DNA from: Vicinamibacterales bacterium
Lineage (GTDB): Bacteria > Acidobacteriota > Vicinamibacteria > Vicinamibacterales > JAMQPK01
DNA: 64,000 nucleotides
Direction of reading: 5' to 3'
Assembly (NCBI GenBank): GCA_963821395.1
Contig: CAWGDY010000042.1
Coordinates: forward strand, 41,263-105,262
The notes beneath the pieces were generated by a model, which saw nothing but the letters and a program-made list of their open reading frames with translations, had not been told where the DNA came from and did no database searches. Each line of letters begins with the position of its first letter. Position 1 is the stretch's first letter. A program made the position numbers and the translations under genes. Shown here in pieces: positions 61,494-64,000 of the stretch.

Positions 61494-63214
61494 ATGAAAC
61501 GCACAGGTGCACAGATCGTTTGGGAATGTCTCGTCCGCCAGGGAGTGACCGACGTCTTCGGCTATCCCGGCGGCGCGATTCTGCCCGACGTACGACGCGA
61601 TGCTGGACTATCCAATCCGCCACGTCCTCGTGCGCCACGAGCAGGGCGCGACGCACATGGCCGACGGCTACGCGCGTGCCAGCGGCAAGGTCGGCGTCGC
61701 CATCGCGACGTCCGGCCCCGGCGCGACGAACATGGTGACGGGCATCGCGACGGCGATGATGGACAGCTCGCCCATCGTCTGCATCACCGGTCAGGTGGGC
61801 AGCAAGCTGGTCGGCTCTGATGCGTTCCAGGAATCCGACGTCACGGGCGTCACGCTGCCGATTACCAAGCACAACTATCTGGTGACGCGCGCCGACGAGA
61901 TCGCGCCGACCTTCCGCGAGGCCTTCGAGATCGCCGCGTCGGGACGGCCGGGCCCGGTGCACATCGACATCACCAAGGACGCACAGCAGTCGTCGTGCGA
62001 GTTCGACTGGGACGCCGCGGTGCCGAAGAAGCCGGAGTTCCGTCCCGACTGGAGCGCGCGGCCCGAAGAGTTCCAGCGCGCGCTCGAGCTCATCAACGCC
62101 GCCGAGCGGCCGTTGATTCTCGCCGGGCACGGCATCATGCTGTCGGGCGCGATGGACGTCGTGCGGGCGTTCGCCGAGAAGGCCAATATCCCGGTGTCGC
62201 AGACGCTGCTCGGCATCGGCGGCTTCCCGGCGTCGCATCCCGCTGAGCCTCGGCATGATGGGCATGCACGGCGAAGCGTGGGTGAACTCGGCGATTCAGC
62301 AGGCCGACCTGCTGCTCGCCTTCGGCATGCGCTTCGACGATCGCGTCACCGGCAACCTGAAGACCTACGCGCTGAACGCGAAGAAGATTCACTTCGACAT
62401 CGACGCCGCGGAGATCAACAAGAACGTTCGTGTCGAGGTCGGCATCGTCGGCGATCTGAAGGAATCGCTCGAAGTGCTGATGCCCGGCCTCAAGGCCGGC
62501 GATCGCGCCAAGTGGATCGCGCATATCGGCGAGCTCAAGGGCGATTCGGCGGTCCGCGACATCCAGAATCTGCCGGACAGCGGGCATCTGTACGCCGCGC
62601 ACGTCATCAACGATCTGTGGCGCGCCACCCACGGCGACGCCATCATCGTGACCGACGTCGGCCAGCACCAGATGTGGGAGGCGCAGTACTACCATCACGA
62701 CAAGCCGCGCTCGCTCATCACCTCGGGCGGTCTCGGCACGATGGGCTTCGCGCTGCCGGCGGCGATCGGCGCCAAGCTCGCCTGCCCGGACAAGGAAGTG
62801 TGGGTCGTGGTCGGCGACGGCGGCTTCCAGATGACGATGTGCGAGCTCGCGACGATCGTGCAGGAGCAGATCGACATCAACGTGGCGATCATCAACAACG
62901 GCTACCTGGGCATGGTGCGCCAGTGGCAGGAGTTCTTCTACGAGCGCCGGTACGCGGCGACGCCGCTCCTGAATCCGAACTTTCAGAAGCTGGCGGAAGC
63001 GTTCGGATTGCCGGCGCAGACGGTCACCAAACGCGCCGACGTCGCTCCGGCAGTCGAGGCCGCTCGCAAGAATCGCCAGACGGTGGTCATCGACTTCCAG
63101 GTGGAGCAGGAAGACACCGTGTATCCGATGGTGCCGGCGGGCGCGGATCTCGACGCGATGATTCGCCGGCCGAGCCCGTCGCCGATTATCGAGACCGGAG
63201 CGGACGTGCTCTAA
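61494..63214 (+). CDS. ilvB: acetolactate synthase large subunit, two +1 frame breaks as assembled
   Basis: [31 protein letters not shown] / [29 protein letters not shown]... / [14 protein letters not shown]...[16 protein letters not shown]...GDGGFQM. Frame joins at ~61590 and ~62240. Confidence 0.9.
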
Positions 63215-63221
63215 GAAATTC

Positions 63222-63259
63222 CGACGCTAGAGGCGCAGAAGACGCAGAGCAATTCTTTT
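63222..63259. repeat. family B half element (left arm only)
   Basis: ccgacgctagaggcgcagaagacgcagagcaattctttt, starting 8 nt after the ilvB stop. Confidence 0.6.
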
Positions 63260-63316
63260 CAAGAGACTAACTGCTGCGACTACTGCGGCTACTCGGCTAC
63301 AAACGGAGGAAGCATC

Positions 63317-63862
63317 ATGATTACGACATTTGCCATCCACGTAGAGAACAAACCCGGCGTGCTGACGCGCGTGTCGTCGCTGTTCCGGCGGCGCGCGTTC
63401 AACATCGAGTCGCTGACCGTCGGCCACACCGATCGGCCGGGCGTGTCGCGCATGACGATCGTCGTCGATACCGACGAGATCGGCGCGCGGCGTCTCGAGG
63501 CGCATCTCTACAAGCTCGTCAACGTGCTGCGCGTCGAGAACATCACGGCCGCCCCGGCGGTGTTCCGCGATCTCGCCATGATCAAGGTGGCGGCGACCGC
63601 CGAGTCGCGCACGCACATCATGCAGCTGGTCGATGTCTTCCGCGCGCGCGTGGTGGACGTCGCGCCGGACTCGCTCATCATCGAAATCACGGGCACCGAG
63701 GATAAGATCGACGGCTTGCTCGAGGTGCTGCGGCCGTACGGCGTGCTCGAAATGGTCCGCACCGGCCGGGTGGCGATGTCGCGCGGGCTGCGCACGGCGA
63801 CCAGCACCGGCGAAGGTCTTCGGATCGCGGAAGACGATCACAACGTGTTTCACTCCGTTTAG
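63317..63862 (+). CDS. ilvN: acetolactate synthase small (regulatory) subunit
   Basis: MITTFAIHVENKPGVLTRVSSLFRRRAFNIESLTVGHTD... (ACT domain) plus the C-terminal ALS_ss_C-like domain. Confidence 0.9.
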   Translation: MITTFAIHVENKPGVLTRVSSLFRRRAFNIESLTVGHTDRPGVSRMTIVVDTDEIGARRLEAHLYKLVNVLRVENITAAPAVFRDLAMIKVAATAESRTHIMQLVDVFRARVVDVAPDSLIIEITGTEDKIDGLLEVLRPYGVLEMVRTGRVAMSRGLRTATSTGEGLRIAEDDHNVFHSV

Positions 63863-63866
63863 TACT

Positions 63867-63944
63867 TTGACGCAGAGCCGCAGAGCCGCAGAGAAATGTC
63901 TGTTTCGAAGACCGATCCTCTGCGCCTTTGCGCCTCTGCGTCGA
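63867..63944. repeat. REP-like palindromic element, family B, copy 5
   Basis: ttgacgcagagccgcagagccgcagag ... cctctgcgcctttgcgcctctgcgtcga, between ilvN and ilvC. Confidence 0.85.
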
Positions 63945-63964
63945 GGTAACGTAAAGGACATTCA

Positions 63965-64000
63965 ATGGCAGCAAAGATGTATTACGACAACGATGCAGAT
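63965..64000 (+). CDS. ilvC: ketol-acid reductoisomerase, first 12 codons (3' end outside window)
   Basis: MAAKMYYDNDAD is a typical IlvC N terminus, and the operon context fits (ilvB-ilvN-ilvC). Confidence 0.65.
   Translation, partial: MAAKMYYDNDAD

Overview
High-GC bacterial chromosomal window (roughly two-thirds G+C by eye, not computed) with about 55 protein genes. I saw no rRNA, tRNA, CRISPR array, transposase or integrase. Protein idioms suggest an Acidobacteriota-like soil bacterium, but this is inference only: a TIGR02999-like ECF sigma next to a Ser/Thr kinase with a TolB-like propeller, AAQQ-type signal peptides, and dense REP-like palindromes.

Gene content, left to right:
- acnA 3' end.
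- A dihaem cytochrome c plus three tandem XoxF-like PQQ dehydrogenases.
- queG.
- An accessory patch (7.6-16.5 kb): a hendecad-repeat tail-anchored protein, two tandem mini HExxH proteins with conserved structured leaders, a sigma2-only ECF sigma coupled to a kinase, an orphan Dam-family methyltransferase, and an M64 peptidase.
- Lactate permease, rhomboid, typA.
- A Tat-exported Pao-like molybdo-hydroxylase with a cytochrome b.
- Cupredoxin lipoprotein, cyclophilin, creatininase-like and YbaK-like genes.
- An unusually long PFOR, then ettA, an ABC exporter, a TlpA-like protein and a PAS histidine kinase.
- The sufA-B-C-D-S-U-T operon.
- asd-dapB-dapA-dapD-dapE.
- LysR plus cysH/cysG.
- pheA-ilvD-ilvB-ilvN-ilvC.

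The most noteworthy non-coding signals are:
- Two candidate attenuators of the promoter / leader-peptide / terminator type: a Val-rich leader before pheA-ilv and a Thr-rich leader before asd-dap.
- Several families of dispersed palindromic (REP-like) elements.
- Several short-tandem-repeat families sitting exactly at gene boundaries.

Technical caveat: about 25 reading-frame breaks hit conserved housekeeping genes, and nearly all are +1, consistent with single-base insertions. The assembly therefore probably carries insertion errors. Coordinates of frameshifted genes are my reconstructions.
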